A DNA stretch of 64,000 nt from the human T2T-CHM13v2.0 reference genome, Homo sapiens: assembly GCF_009914755.1 (NCBI RefSeq), contig NC_060931.1. One strand, written 5' to 3'. Each line of letters begins with the position of its first letter. Position 1 is the first letter of the stretch. This document shows, one piece after another, positions 33,738 to 47,815 of this stretch. The notes under the pieces are model-generated. The model saw only the letters and a program-made list of their open reading frames with translations. It was not told the DNA's origin and did no database searches. The translations under genes were made by a program, and so were the position numbers.

Positions 33738-36700
33738 TGTTCTAGTGATTAATTGCTACATTATAAACCACTTCAAAAATGATGGCATTGAGGGATTCCT
33801 GCTATGACGGCTGACTGGATGCAACCAGGAGGAACATCTCCTACTGAGGAACTGGGACATCAAGAAGACTGGCACACTCTTAGCAGAACTTCAGAGGGAA
33901 GGTATTGAAAGTAGTTGTAGGGAAGACACAGATGCTGGGCTGAAGAGTGAGGAAGCTTGGAACCCTGCATGGGACTACCATGCACCAGGACTCCTTCTTG
34001 ACCCCCAATGACTCCTGTGGATAGCATGAGTTGAACAGGCAAGGAATAACCTGCCTTCACTGTAGGACTCTGGAATTCTGGCAAGAGGAGACTCTGTGAC
34101 CACTATGGACACTTGAGTTGGCAGGGAAAGCTGCTTAGGGAAGCAGTAGGGACAGAACTGCAGCCAGGGTAGAGCCCAAAGGGTTTGGAGACGAATCATC
34201 TGTAGTGGAGCATGATCAGGGATGCCCATCCCACTAGGCTCGACTTGCTCCCATAAGAGACTTTAGGCTTAGGGGAACTGTCAGACCTGAATTCTGCAAG
34301 GCAAGGCAGTCTTGACCATGAGACAGGGCCTGTAAGGCCTGAGCACCTCTGAGTAGGCTGGCCTCTCCCAGGGACCAAGTCTGGCTGCACCTACTTGCAG
34401 CCCCAATTTACCTCCTGGGGGTTGCATCATATCTCCTGCACTGGCAGACTGTGCCTGACTGGCAGAGTGCTCCAGCAGAGAGGTTCCAGCAGAGCACCGT
34501 CCCCCTGCTCATGGACATGTACCAGCCCGCCTGTGCCCTCCCCATAGTGCAGCCTCCACAATGCTGCCTTGCCTGCAGGTACTCATCCACAGCCAACCCA
34601 CATCGCTTTGCCAGCATGTGTGTGTACAGGCAGGCCAAGCCTTCCCTTCCCCGCTAGAATGCATGTGCGTGTGCACCCTGCCATGCCACTACTGCTGATG
34701 TGAGTACATCATGGCTCCTCCCTCCCCCTGCTGCATCACCACTGTCATGAAAGTACTGGCAGGCACAGAGCTTGCCAGCCCCATCCCTCCAGCATCTCAC
34801 CCCTGCACCAGGGTCACCAGCATGAAAGTAGGCATGGAAAATAGCAGACTCACCCCCAGCCCTGAGCAGCCACTGCCACCAACATGAACATAAACAGAGG
34901 TTGCACACAGTCCTGCACTCACCAGCGCCCCGCCCCCATGCTAACACCACCACCAATGAGAATGTTCACACAGTCTCTGGTGGGGACCCTCAACCCTCGA
35001 TCCATACTGCCACCACTGCTGCTGTGAAAGCCCACGAGGAGACTGGCACCCCAGCACCTGTAGCACCCTGCTGTAGCTGACCAGTTTGTACACTGTGCGT
35101 TGCTGCTCCTCCTGCTGCTGGCACATGGAAACCAGGATAGAACCCACTACCACCAGCCTATGAAGCATTTTGGCTGGCACCACCCATTGGAGTGTTGTGA
35201 CCAGTGGTCTGGGAGCACCTTGGCCCCTCCAACACTACAGGTTCCTAAACTTGAGGAGCCAGAGATCAAAGCCAGGCCAGATACCAGTCCCTGAGAGTTA
35301 GAGCACACAGTCCAGGAGTCCTGAGCTGAGCTTTGGCCTCCTAAAATCTAGTAATGAAGCCAGTTGACTGAACCCACCTTATACCACAATCAAATCCCTA
35401 GGGTCATCAAATAGAATTAAAAAAAACCCAAAGGGTAGAAACTTCAAGCACTGAAGAAACATCAGCCCACAAAGATGAGAAAGAACCAGTGCAAGAACTT
35501 CTGTCAACTCAAAAAACCAGTCTTTTATCCAAATGACCATGCTACTTCTCCAGTAAGGGGAACTAGTTCTTAACTAGACTGATATGGCTGAAATAACAGA
35601 AATAGAATTAAGAATATGGAGAGGAATAAAGATCATCAAGATTCAGGAGAATGTAGTCAGTATAGAAAAGAATTTAACTGACCTGATAGAGCTGAAAAAC
35701 ACTATAAGAATTTCATAATGCAACCATAAGTATTAACAGAAGTATAGACCAAGCTGAAGAAAGAATCTCAGAGCTTGAAGACTGGCTATCTGAAATAAGA
35801 CAGTCAGACAAAAATAAAGAAGAAAGAATGAAAAGGAATCAACAAAACCTCTGAGAAATATGGGATTATATAGAGAGAGACTGAATCTATGACTCACTGA
35901 CATCCCTCAAAGAGATGAGGAGAATGAAAGCAACTTGGAAAACATATTTCAGAACATCATTCATGAGAACTTCCTAGTTCTCTAGAACAAACGAGCTAGA
36001 GAGGCCAATATTCAAATTCAGAAAATGCATAGAACCACTGCAGAATACTTCATGAGAATGTCATCTCCAATACATATAATCATAAGATTCTCCAAGGTTA
36101 AAATGAAAGAAAAAATGTTAAAGTCAGATAGAAAGAAAGGAAAGGTCACCTACAAAGGGAAGCCCATCAGATTAACAGTAGACCTCTCAGAAGAACTCCA
36201 TAAGCCAGAAGAGATTGGAGGCCTATATTCAACATTCTTAAATAAAAGAAATTCCAACCTAGAACTTCATACCCAGTCAAACTAAGCTTCATAAGTGAAA
36301 GAGAAATAAGATCCTTTACAGACAAGCAAAGACTGAGGAAATTCACTATCACATCACCTACTTTACAAGAGCTCCTGAAAGATGCAGTAAACGTGAAAAG
36401 GAAAGACCATTACCCGCCACTACAAAAACACACTTAAGTACACAGACCAGTAACCCTATAAAGCAACCACATAAACAAGTTGTCATAATAAACAGCTAAC
36501 AACCTGATGGGAGAATTAAATTGACAGATATCAATACTAACCTTGAATGTAAACATGCTGAATGCTCCAATTAAAAGGCACAGAGTAGCAAACTAGATAA
36601 GGAAGCAAGACCCAATTGTATGCTGTCTTCAAGAGACCTATCTTACATTTAATGACACTCATAGGCTCGGAATACAGGGATGGAGAAAAACCTATCAGCC

Positions 36701-39700
36701 AAATGGAAAACAGAAAAAAAGTAGGAATTATAATCCTAATTTCAAATAAAACATACTTTAAACCATCAAAGATCAAAAAAGACAAAGAAGGGCATTAAAT
36801 AATGGTAAAAGGTTCAATTCAACACTAAGATGTAAGTGTCCCAAATATGTATGCATCCAACACAGGAGCACCCAAATTTATGAAGCGAATTCTTAGAGAC
36901 CTACAAACAAACTTTGACTCGCACACAATAATAGTAAGAGACTTCAACACCCCACTAATAGTATAAGACAGATAATTGAGACAGAACATTAACAAAGATA
37001 TTCAGGACCTAACTCAACACTGGACCAAATAGATCTGATAGCCATCTACAGATCTCTCCACCCCAAAACAACAGAATATACATTCTTCTCAACTGCACAT
37101 GGCACATACTATAAAATTAACCATACACTCAGACATAAAATAATCTCCAGCAAATTTTTAAAAACTGAAATTATACCATCCAGACTCTCAGACCACAGTG
37201 AAATAAAATAGAATTCAAAATGAAGAAAATCACACACACATAAATTTGCATGGAGATTAAACAACATGCTGCTGAATTACTTTTGGGTAAATAATGAAAT
37301 TAAGGTGTAAATCAAGAAGTTCTTTGAAACTAATAAGAACAAAGATAAAACATAGCAGAATCTCTGGGACACAGCTATGGCTGTATTATTAGGGACATTT
37401 TTAGAACTAAATGCCCACATAAAAAAGTTAGAAAGATCTCACATAACAACTAGAAGAACTAAAGAAGCAAGAGCAAACCAACCCCAAAGTGAGTAGAAGA
37501 AAACGAATAATCAAAATCAGAGTTGAACTAAAGGAGATTGAGACATGGAAAACCATTCCGAAAATCAACAAATCCAGGAGCTGGTTTTTCAAAAAACATT
37601 TGAAAGATAGACAGACCACTAACTAAACTAGTAAAGAAGAAAAGAGAGAAGATCCAAATGTGCATAATTAGGAATGACAAAGGAGTTGTTACCACTGACC
37701 CTACAGAAATACAAATAACTACCAGACTATTATAAACACCTCTAGGCACACCAACTAGAAAATCTAGAACAAATGGATAACTTCCTAGACACATACAGCC
37801 TCACAAGACTGAACCAGGAACAAACTGAATTTCTGAACAGACCAATCATGAGCTCTGAAATTGAATTAGTAATAAATAGCCTATCAACGAAAAAAGCTCA
37901 GGAACAGATGGATTCATAGCTGAATTGCACCAGACGTACAAAGAAGTGATGGCATCATTCCTACTAAAACGATTCAAAAAAAATTGAGTAGGAGGGACTC
38001 CTACCCAACTCATTCTATGAGGACAGCATCATACTGTGAACAAAACCTGTCACAGACACAACAAAAAAAGGAAACTTCAGGCCAATATCCTTGATGAACA
38101 TTGATGCAAAAATCTTCAACAAAAACTAACAAACAAAATCCAGAAACATATCAAAAAGTTAATCCACCACGATCAAGTAGGCTTTACCCCTGGGATGAAA
38201 GATTCGTTCAACATATGCAAATAAATAAATGTGTTTCATCATATAAACAGAACTAAAGGCAAAAACTGCACGATCATCTCGATAGATGCAGAAAAGGCTT
38301 TCAATACAATTCAACATCCCCTAATGTTAAGTGTCTCTACAAACTAGGTATTAAAAGAGCATACCTCAAAATAATGAGAGCCATCTGTGACAAACCCACA
38401 GTCAACATCATATTGAATGGACAAAAGCTGGAAGCATTCCCCTTGAAAACCAGCACAAGAAAAGGACGCTCTCTCTTACCAGTCCTATTGAACATAGTAT
38501 TGGAAATCCTGGTCAGAGCAATCAGGCAAAAGAAAGAAAGAAAGGGGAACCAAATAAGAAGAAAAGAAGTCAAAATATTCTTGTTTGCAGATGACATGAT
38601 TCTATATCTAGAAAACCCCATAGTCTTGGACCAAAAAATCCTTAAGCTGATAAATAACTTCAGCAAAGTTTTGTGATACAAAATAAATGTACAAATATCA
38701 CTAGCATTCCTATACATTAACACTAGCCAGGCCAAGAGCAAATCAGGAACTCAATTCCATCCACAATTGCCACAAAAAGAATAAAATGCTTAGGAATAAA
38801 GCTAATCAGGAGGTGAAAGATCTCTGCAATCAAAATTACAGACGCTGATCAAAGAACTCAGAGATAACACAACCAAGTGGAAAAGCATCCCATGCTCTTG
38901 GAGAGGAAGAATCAATATCATTAAAATGTTCATACTGCCCAAAGCAATTTACAGATTCAATGCTATTCCTATCAAACTACTAATGACACCCTTCATAGAA
39001 CTAGAAAAACCTATTTTAAGATTCATATGAAAACAAAAAAGAGCCTGAATACCCAAGGTAATTCTAAGCAAAAAGAACAAAGAAAGAGTCATCCCACTAC
39101 CCAACTTCAAACTATATTACAAGGCTACAGTAATCAAAACAGAATGGCAGTGGTATAACAACAAACACATAGACCAACAGAACAGAGTAGAGAGCTCAGA
39201 AATAAGGCTGTACATATACAACCATCTGATCTTTGGCAAAGCTGACAAAAACAAGCAATGGGGAAAGGACTCCCTATTCAATAAATCGGGTTAGGATAAC
39301 TGGCTAGCCATATGCAGAAAATTAAAACTGAACCCCTTCCTTACACCATATATAAAAATCAACTCAAGAGAACTGACACGAAAAACCAAAAGCAATAAAA
39401 ACCCTAGAAGACAGCCTATGCAATACCATTATGGACATAGGAACTGGCAAAGCTTTCATGACAAAGATTCCAAGCAATCACACAAAAGCAAAAATTGACA
39501 AACAGGATCTAATTAAACTGAAGAGCTTCTGAACAGCAAAAGAATCTATCAACAAAGAGACAATCTACAGAATGGGAGAAAATATTTGCAAACTATGCAT
39601 CTGACAAAGGTCTAATATCTAACATCTGTGAGGGGCTTAAACAAATTTATAAGATAAAAACAACCTCATTAAAAAGTGGGCAAAGGACAGAAACAGACAC

Positions 39701-41117
39701 TTTTCAAAAGAAGACATACATGCAACTAACGAGCATATGAATGAAAGCTCAACATCACTGATCATTAGAGAAATGCAATTCAAAACCACAGTGAGATATC
39801 ACCTCACACTAATCAGAATGGCTATTATTAACAAGTCAAAAAATAACAGATGCTGGTGAGGTTGCAGAGAAAAGGGAACGCTTATATGCTGTTGGTGGGG
39901 GACTGTAAATTAGTTCAAGTATTGTGGAAATCAGTGTAGCAATTCCTCAAAGAGCTAAAAATAGAACTACCATTTGATTCAGCAATTCCATTACTGGGTA
40001 TATACTTAAAGGAATGTAAGTCATTCTGTCATAAAGACACGTCTACGTGTATACTCATAGCAGCACTATTCACAATAGCAAAGACATGGAATCAACCTAA
40101 TTGCCCATCAGCGGAAGACTGGATAAAGAAAATGTGGTAAATATATAGCATGGGATGCCATGCAGCCATAAAAAAAATAATGAGATCATATTTTTTGCAG
40201 AAACCTGGATGGAAGTGGAGGCCATTATCCTTAGCAAACTAATGCAGGAACAGAAAAACAAATACCACATGCTCTCACTCATAAGTGGGAGCTAAATGAT
40301 GAGAACACATGGACACAAAAAGGCGAACAACAGACACTGGGGCCTATCAGAAGGTGGAGGTTGGGAAGAGGGAGAGGAGCAGAAAAAGTAACTATCGGCT
40401 ACTAGGCTCAGTATCTGGTTGAGGAAATAATCTGTACATCAAACCCCCATGACATGGGTTTACCTATATAACAAAACTGCACATGTAACTTCTGAACCTA
40501 AAAGTTTAAAAATAAACAAAATATAGAGGTTGCTATGCCAAAAGAAATGACATTTAACAATTATACTTTTATTGAAGTATATTCTGGATTCTATGAGTCA
40601 GAAATTTAGACAGGAGCAGCAAGGGGTAATTTTTTTCTGATCCACAATATACTTGGAGCTAGCAGCGAAGAACTGCTGTTAAATAGTAAAATGGCTGGAG
40701 GTTGTAATTATTGGAGGACTTCCTCCTTAATGTGTCTACTACGAGACTGAGGCTGAGGTAACTTGAAGACTAGGCTGAGTGGGAACCTCCATACAGCCTC
40801 TCTATGCAGCTTCTCACTGCATGGTGAATAGATTCTGAGAGAGACAATCCTGAGAGGGGACATTCAGAGAGTGGGCACTTCAAGAAGTCAAAGCAAAAGT
40901 GGCATTACTTCTTCTGAACTAGACTTGAAGATTTCACCGTTTCTCCCCTGCCAAATTATTTTGGTTACAAGTAAATCACTAAATCCAGTCCACCTCTTGA
41001 GACAATTGCAAGCTCTAGATGCCAGCTCTTAATGGGAGAATGACAAATTAACACTGTAGAAGAGCATGCAGGCTAGAAGATATTGTTGTGATCCTCCTGG
41101 AAAATGCAATTTGCCAA
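33738..41117 (-). mobile_element. Old MLT1 LTR split by the full-length L1 (pieces ~33738-33789 and ~40555-41117)
   Basis: ATTGCTACATTATAAACCACTTCAAAA before the L1; GATTCTATGAGTCAGAAATTTAGACAGG...AAATGCAATTTGCCA after it. Confidence 0.6.
33791..40520 (+). mobile_element. Full-length, degenerate L1PA13-16-type LINE-1
   Basis: Long GC-rich 5'UTR (GCAACCAGGAGGAACATCTC...), ORF1 remnants from ~35475, ORF2 remnants ~36506-40294 (LFADDMILY), 3'UTR with AATAATCTGTACATCAAACCCCCATGACA; many stops and frameshifts. Confidence 0.92.
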
Positions 41118-41300
41118 CTCCTTCAAAGACCACATTTAAATAAAAGCAAAGAAATTTAAAATTATGAATTGGTATTGAATAAAGGCGTGGAATTGAGAGT
41201 CATCATCTGAGGAAAGAAATACTAACAAATTTTGGGAAGAAAGAAACTGAATACAGGAGGGGTAGCAGATAGGGTCAAGTAGATAAAGCTACATCTAGCA

Positions 41301-41570
41301 CAGTTGATCCTTGTATAACATTGGTTTGAACTGTGCAGGACCACCTATATTTGGGTGTTTTATTCAATAAACATATTTGAGGTTCGTAACAATTTGAAAA
41401 ACTGACAAACTATAAAGCCTAGAAACATCCAAAAAATTAACAAAAAGTTAGGTATGTCATGAATGCATAAAATATGTGTAGATGCTACTGTATTTTGTCA
41501 TTTACTACCATAAAGTATATGCAAATCTATTATAAAATTTAAAATTTATCAAAACATGTACATAAACACC
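41301..41570. mobile_element. Tigger2/MER28-type DNA transposon end fragment
   Basis: TIR CAGTTGATCCTTG...GGTTTGAACTGTGCAGG; GTTAGGTATGTCATGAATGCATAAAATAT. Confidence 0.8.
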
Positions 41571-41587
41571 ATACATGTAATGTTTTT

Positions 41588-42400
41588 TAATGGGCAAAAT
41601 ATTTAAACAGATAGTTCACAAATGAAGATGTATGTAAACTCATAGAATGATGCTCAAAATTTATATCATCATGGAAATGCAAATTAAAACTGTAATGGAT
41701 AGGACTATATGCCTACTACAATGACTACAGTTAAAACACCAACAATCCTACGTTGGCAAAGATAAGGATGGAGGTACTAGAAATCTCACATATTGCTGGT
41801 GGGAATGTAAAATAGTAATAATTTTACAAAATTATTTGGAAACTTCTAACAAAGTTAATCCTATACCTACCTTATGACAGCAATTTCACTCCTAGGTATT
41901 TACTTCAAATAAATAAAAACATTTGTGAAAGTCTTTTACAAGAGTGTTCATAGCAGTTTTAATTTACAATACTCTGGAACTGGAAACAATCCAAATATCT
42001 GTCAATACATATTCAGCAAACAGCTTGTTGTATGGTCATACAATGAAATATTACTCAGCAACAAACTGGAATGCACTTCTAAAATATACAATACATGAAT
42101 GAATCTCAAATTTATGCTGAGCAAAAGAAGCTAGGCAGAAGAGCACATACAGGACAATTCCACTTATATGAGGTACTAGAACAGGCAAAATTCATCTATG
42201 GTGTTAGAAATCAGAAAAGTGGCTACAGCTAGTCAGAGTGGGGCAGGAGTTGACTCTAGGAATTTGGAGACTGATGGACATACATATTCTATATCTTGTT
42301 TTGGGTAGTATTGCATTGGTATACTCAATTGTTAAAACTCACCAAACTATAAAACTCTGAATGTTTCACCATATATGAATTAGACATCAATTGAAATAAA
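41588..42400 (+). mobile_element. Old L1M (L1MB/MC/ME) 3' end
   Basis: AATGGGCAAAATATTTAAACAGATAGTTCAC...ATTGCTGGTGGGAATGTAAAAT...TTAAAACTCACCAAACT. Confidence 0.75.
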
Positions 42401-43298
42401 TGAAGAAAAACCGCCTAATTTCCAAATAATAATAATACAAAAAAATTTCTCAACAAGAAATGCCTTTAGATAGTGCCTTTATGTGAAAAAGTCCACTGAG
42501 AACCTAGAAAAATAGGTTCTAACCTCAGCCAAACTATCTTTTAAATAAATAAAGGCTCTTTTATATATGAAATGACTTCGAAATGTTTTTCTTTCCTATC
42601 TTCATGGTGAGGAGTTAATTGAAAATATGCTCTACCAATTAAAAATCATTAAGAAAGAGAAAGACTTAGTATCTAAAAAATATAAATCCAAAATGGGAAA
42701 GCAATAAAAGCAAATTTCCAAAGTAATAGTTTTACGGAAGCATATAAGCAATACAGACTGGAGGATAGCGAGAATCCCAATAAGTGGGTGTCTGGAAAAA
42801 GGGTAGATTCTTGAGACATGTGATTTAGAACAACCTAAGAAGATGATAAATATTAATTGTGTATGAAAAAATTAAGGCAATTAATCTTATAAGACTTTAA
42901 GGAACACAGTCCCTATATGCCCAAATAAAGAAATCCAGAATGAAGACATTGGGGGTAAAAAGGACTGCTGGGGATTATAGATTCTTTTAAAATATAGACT
43001 GAACAGTAAATAATCTTAAATGTCATTTTAAATACATTTTTCTCTTGATTTTGGATCATCTGGAATCTCATATTTCTATCATTAAAAAAAAGCCCTGAAA
43101 TTCAGCAAATACTTGTTTCAAATCAATTTCATTTTCCTCTGTTTAATTCATGAAAAGATAAATTTCATACCTTATCAAAAATATTATTTTATGTAAAGTA
43201 TGATCTATTGTTATGAAGATGACTTCTCAGCCTATTTACCTAATCATGCACCCTTCCTTATATATATACATATATATACCTAGAGAGACCTTATGTAT

Positions 43299-43337
43299 AT
43301 ATACCTTCCTTACATATATATGCTAAGGAAGGTATAT
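43299..43337. repeat. Near-perfect 39-bp palindrome
   Basis: ATATACCTTCCTTA-CATATATATG-C-TAAGGAAGGTATAT: the arms are exact reverse complements and the core is self-complementary. Confidence 0.95.
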
Positions 43338-43989
43338 CTCTATGTGGTACCAGAGAATTGCCTAAAATCATGCTTATCTAATGTCCATTATATTTCTCAG
43401 TGATGGGGTTTGGGTGAATTTTTTAAAAATTCTCATCTTCATACTTTTTTAATGCTTGGATTTTTACAATGAGAATATATCATTTCTATAAAGACAATAA
43501 AGAAAGTTCTAATAAAGGAATATTCACCAAAGCTGGAGAAATGTATAAGAGCTTAAGGCTACCTTGGGTGCTATCATTTAAGCAGGGAAAATTCAGAAGC
43601 CAATTAGAAGCATGAGGCTGGCTGCTTACCACGTTCACTGCTATACCTCACAGGCTTGGCATTTGCCCTTGGGGCCATGACCCCCTCTCCCTCTGATTCC
43701 TGATGCCCATCCTTGGAGAGAACTGTCATGACGACAAAACACTACAGCCAACATACTTGGTGCAACAGAAATACCTGCTTAGTTGTTTCAATCTCAATTA
43801 CAATAGAAGAGAGATACAACCGTAAACTATTTAGGAGCACAAGCATGAGGGCCTCATCAGTTATCATCCTAACAATGATTAGATGAAGATAGGAATAAGG
43901 TTTTAGATAGTCACTTGGAAAAGCCAAGTCCAGGAAAAGATGAAAGAAGTGCAAACAGGAAAGGGAAATGATGTCACAAACATTATGTG

Positions 43990-44420
43990 CTCATTCACTC
44001 ATTACCTTAAGTCCATTACTTTTTGGCTATCATTTTTCGAGAACCTGATACCGTGCCTGGTGTTAGATGTGCCCGGTAAACAGGGTAAACTCGTTCCTTG
44101 TCCACTTGACACTTCAAATTATTGGGCATGGGGGAGACTGATCATCTAAATAATTGAAAAATTGGAGTCAGTGCTTTAAAGAAAACCGCTTATGATTAAA
44201 AACAATAATAATACCAGCTTGGTCAGGGAAGTTCTGTCTGGGAAGAGGTAATCATTACAGATGAGAACTCCAGGGTGAGAAGTGAGCTGTGCAAAAAGGG
44301 TGCTGTTCAGGGATTTCCTTGAGGAAAGTGCAAAGACTTCAAGGTAAGGGATTTGGTGAATTCAGGGACCTGAGAGAGGGCCAGTGTGCTTGAACAGCTG
44401 TGAGGAAGGGGGCAAGTGAC
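43990..44420 (-). mobile_element. L2 3' fragment
   Basis: CATTCACTCATT start; GTGCAAAGACTTCAAGG...GAGAGGGCCAGTGTGCTTGAAC. Confidence 0.55.
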
Positions 44421-44553
44421 CCTTGAATCAATGACAGAAGACAACTCAGACCAGCAATGGTACTCGGAGTCAACTTCTGAGCTGCACCATTCAAGAAACA
44501 GAGCTCGGGTTTCATTTAAATGTTATCATAGAGGGCATTTTCTCACAGCCTGC

Positions 44554-44988
44554 TGTGGTGGGTTGAATGGTAGTTCTCCAAAAGACACGTCCTCTACAAC
44601 ATGTGAATGTGGCCTGATTTGGAAAAAGGGTCTTTGCAGATGTAATTAAGTTAAGGATCACAAGATGAGATAATCTTAAGTTAGAGCAAGCCCCAAATGC
44701 TATGTCAAGTATCCTTAGAAGGGAAGAAGAGAACATATGGAGAAGGTCATGCAAAGATGAAAACAGGTATGAGAACGATGCTGCTACAAGCCAAGGAATG
44801 TCTGGAGCCCCCACAAGCTGAAAGAGGAAAGGAATGCTTCTCCCCTAGAGCCTTCAGAGGCCGTGCCATCCTGCTGACACTTTGATTTTGGACTTCTGGT
44901 ATCCCAAACTGGGAAAGAATAAATGTATACTGTTTTAAGCCACCCAGTTTGTGGTAATTTGTTATGGGAACCCCAGAAAATTTAGACA
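44554..44988 (+). mobile_element. MLT1B/C solo LTR
   Basis: TGTGGTGGGTTGAATGG...GGAAAAAGGGTCTTTGCAGATGTAATTAAGTTAAGGAT...TTTTAAGCCACCCAGTTTGTGGTAATTTGTTA. Confidence 0.88.
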
Positions 44989-46384
44989 GTTGCCAATGTT
45001 TCTATCAGTTTTTCTTTCTCAAATTCTTTCTCTCTCAGAACGACTTGGAAGCACAGACAATAAGATGGAAAGAAAGGGATGACAAGTCCCCCTAGAAATA
45101 AGAGGTCGGGCTGAACCCACGTACCCATCGTGGTTGCTCTAGAATTGTCCAACGGGCATGACCCAAGGCCACCTAGCCCTGGTTATAAAGCCTTCTTCCT
45201 CTGTGTGTTTCAAAGAGATGTGGCAGTCTTTGCCTCCTGCAGATGCTTGACCTTCTAACGATGCTCTCTTTTTAATGTTCTGTGATCCTGGTATTCTCTT
45301 CCAGTTATTATTTAAACAATTTCCATTAAATCTCTCAGGAAAATGGTTTTTGCTTTTGTATTTGTTCTGTTTCATAAACCTTCTCATAAATCTGAAACTT
45401 TAGACTTTCAGATTTACCCCAGGAAGAAGTATTTCAACTTCAGGATCTTAGAGAGCAGAGTTTTCAACCCCACTTCATCTGGAGTGGCATCTATCTCCCC
45501 AAAGGAACAGAAATCACTTTTAATGCAGCCATGGACAATTCTCTTGGAAATTTTCTCATTCCTGTTCACTGGCTTGCAAGTACTCTGTGCTCCTCAGGGA
45601 GCCCGTTAAAGAATACTGCTCTCTGCAGAGACACGAAAGGATCCTCAAGGCACGTCTTCTTAGCTTCCCATGAAAGCCACAAGTTACTCAGGACAGAACT
45701 GCCTTTGCAGAATTACAGGGAAGGGCTGGGTGGGCAGAAAGCCCCCTCCTCTGGTAGTGATGGGAGTGGGTTTTGTCTGCACAGGAGACTGTGTCTACCT
45801 GCCTGGAAGAAGGAGTCTCACCCAGAACAGGGCTGCACACAGTCAAGGGCAGAGTGAGCGAAGGACAATGATGAGCCAGGGAAAGAAGGGGAGGAACATC
45901 AGAAGTCGTGGCCTGGGGTATGAAGCCGGGATTCCAAGACAGAGAGAATGAGAACAAGAAAAATGAGACACATGCAGCAGAAAAGTTGCCACAGACAGAA
46001 CGCAGAAGAAGGCTGCCGCCTACAGCTTGAGTCTTCGGTGGCAACCCCTGTGTCATGGTGGTGAGCCAGCTAGACTCCAGGCATCAGAGCAGAAGCCAAA
46101 AGAAGTCGAAAGTCCACATGTCCTTTTCACCAAGGCTATTGGCATGCGTGTCAAATGACAGTGGCTTGCCCATCTGCCTTCTCTGCATGACAAACCTGCA
46201 CCAGAAGAAATGTCAGTGCCTTAAATGGAATGGAAGATTTAAGACAATGGAATAAAATGTAAACTCACCTAATTGTCCTCAGACATTGTTGGACCAGTCC
46301 GTAGTTGGCAACACAGAATGCCATCAATCCAAACCTCATCATAGACAATATTCTCAAATTGTTTATTTTGATTTTACTACTTAA

Positions 46385-46562
46385 GTTCCTAAACGTTGCT
46401 GCCCATCAAAATTAGCTGGGAGAACTTCTTACATCACAGATACTTAAGCCTCAGCCTTATCTGAATTCTTGGGAGTAGGGCCTAGAAATATACATTTTAA
46501 CAAACATTCCCCAGGTATTCTGATGCAGTATGTCCAGTAGGGACTGGGTTTTGGGAACCTCT
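46385..46562. mobile_element. MER5-type (hAT-Charlie) element
   Basis: CTGAATTCTTGGGAGTAGGGCCTAGAAATATACATTTTAACAAAC...CCCCAGGTATTCTGATGCAG. Confidence 0.7.
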
Positions 46563-47249
46563 TCCCCTACTGGCATAGCTTTGGGAGTGAGACTATTTCA
46601 CACCCATCCCCTGGCCTCATACGTGGAACATGGGAGACACAACAAATTCTTTTGGACCTGAACTGAACTAGTAAATGCATATCAGAAGTTTAGCAGGATG
46701 CTGGGGGGGGATACTTGCAAAAATAAATCCCACAACCTAAGGCATCGTTAAGCTGAGCATTGAAAAATACATAGGAGGTTGAGAGGCACACGCAAAGTAG
46801 AAGATAAAGAACTTTCCAAACAAGAAGCCTTTACAAAGGGCTGTGGAAAAAGGTGGATGACAGGCAGCTGAGGATGGGCTAGCGGGGAGATCCTGTTCTG
46901 TTCTTTCTCTCTAGGTACTAACATGCTTTCTGACTTGGCCAGAAAGAGTTTCTGGCTGATTGTAGGAAGTATGCAATCTATGACACTGTCTTACTGCAGA
47001 ATCTATTTTTTTTTCATTATTTACCTTTTGCTTTCAGTCCCATTCCTCTCCCTATTGTCCTCCTTTGCACTGGCCTCTGACTTTTCAGAGTCAGTTTCCC
47101 CTCTCTAAATCTCAATGGTCCTCTCCTGCAGACTCCAGCTCTACCATTAAGGGATGGGAGGAGGGGGGAAGTGAGAGTGAAAAGGGGAGGAAGGGAAGAA
47201 AGAAAGGAGAGAGTGAGGAAAAAAGAAAAGGAATGAAGGAAAGAAATTA

Positions 47250-47815
47250 ACCTTTACTGGGGCATCTCTTCTGTGCAAGGTGCTTTCCTAGAGGATATCT
47301 TGGTTAATCCTCATGACAAGCTTGTGATGTAGCAATTATTAGCACCAATTTATATATACACACACTGAGGTTGAGTAATGTCTTACTTCATTAGTGTTGC
47401 TATAAAGGAATACCTAAGGCTGGGTTATTTATTTTAAAAATAGGTTTATTTGGTGGATGGTTCCGCAGGCTGCACAAGAAGCATGGCACCAGCACCTGCA
47501 TCTGGTGAAGATCTCGGCTGCTTCTAATCCTGACGGAAGGTGAAGGGGAGCCAGCATTTACAGAGATCACATGGCATGGGGGGAAGTGAGAGGGGTGGAG
47601 AGGTTCCAGGCTCCTTTTAACAACCACTTCTTGCAAGAACCAACAGAGCAAGAACTCATTCTTACCTCAAGGATGGCACCAACACATTCATGAGGGAGCC
47701 ACCCTCATGACCAAAATTAGGCCCCTCCTCCAACACTGGGGATCAAATTTCAACGTGAGATCTGGAGGGTCAAATATTCAAACTATAGCAAGTAACCTGC
47801 CCAACATCACACAAG
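47250..47815 (-). mobile_element. MIR split by an MSTB LTR
   Basis: TTAATCCTCATGACAA...CACTGAGGTTGAGTAA before the LTR; AGTAACCTGCCCAACATCACACA after it. Confidence 0.65.
47379..47790 (-). mobile_element. MSTB-type solo LTR
   Basis: TG...CA termini, perfect 5-bp TSD AGTAA (47374-47378, 47791-47795); GGCTGCACAAGAAGCATGGCACCAGCA. Confidence 0.92.

Noticed and set aside
33860-35294. Cluster of short ORFs and a CpG-island-like appearance
   Set aside because: This is the 5'UTR of the old L1, it is CpG-depleted, and it is not a host gene promoter.
42420-43000. Possible HAL1/L1ME remnant
   Set aside because: Resemblance too weak to set a family or boundaries without an alignment.
45139-46345. Several 66-122 aa ORFs and a minus-strand donor-like AG|GTGAGT near 46268
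   Set aside because: No recognisable protein and no polypyrimidine acceptor upstream of the donor; expected by chance.
47150-47250. Purine-rich tract (possible triplex or G4)
   Set aside because: Ordinary low-complexity GA-rich sequence without clean mirror symmetry.
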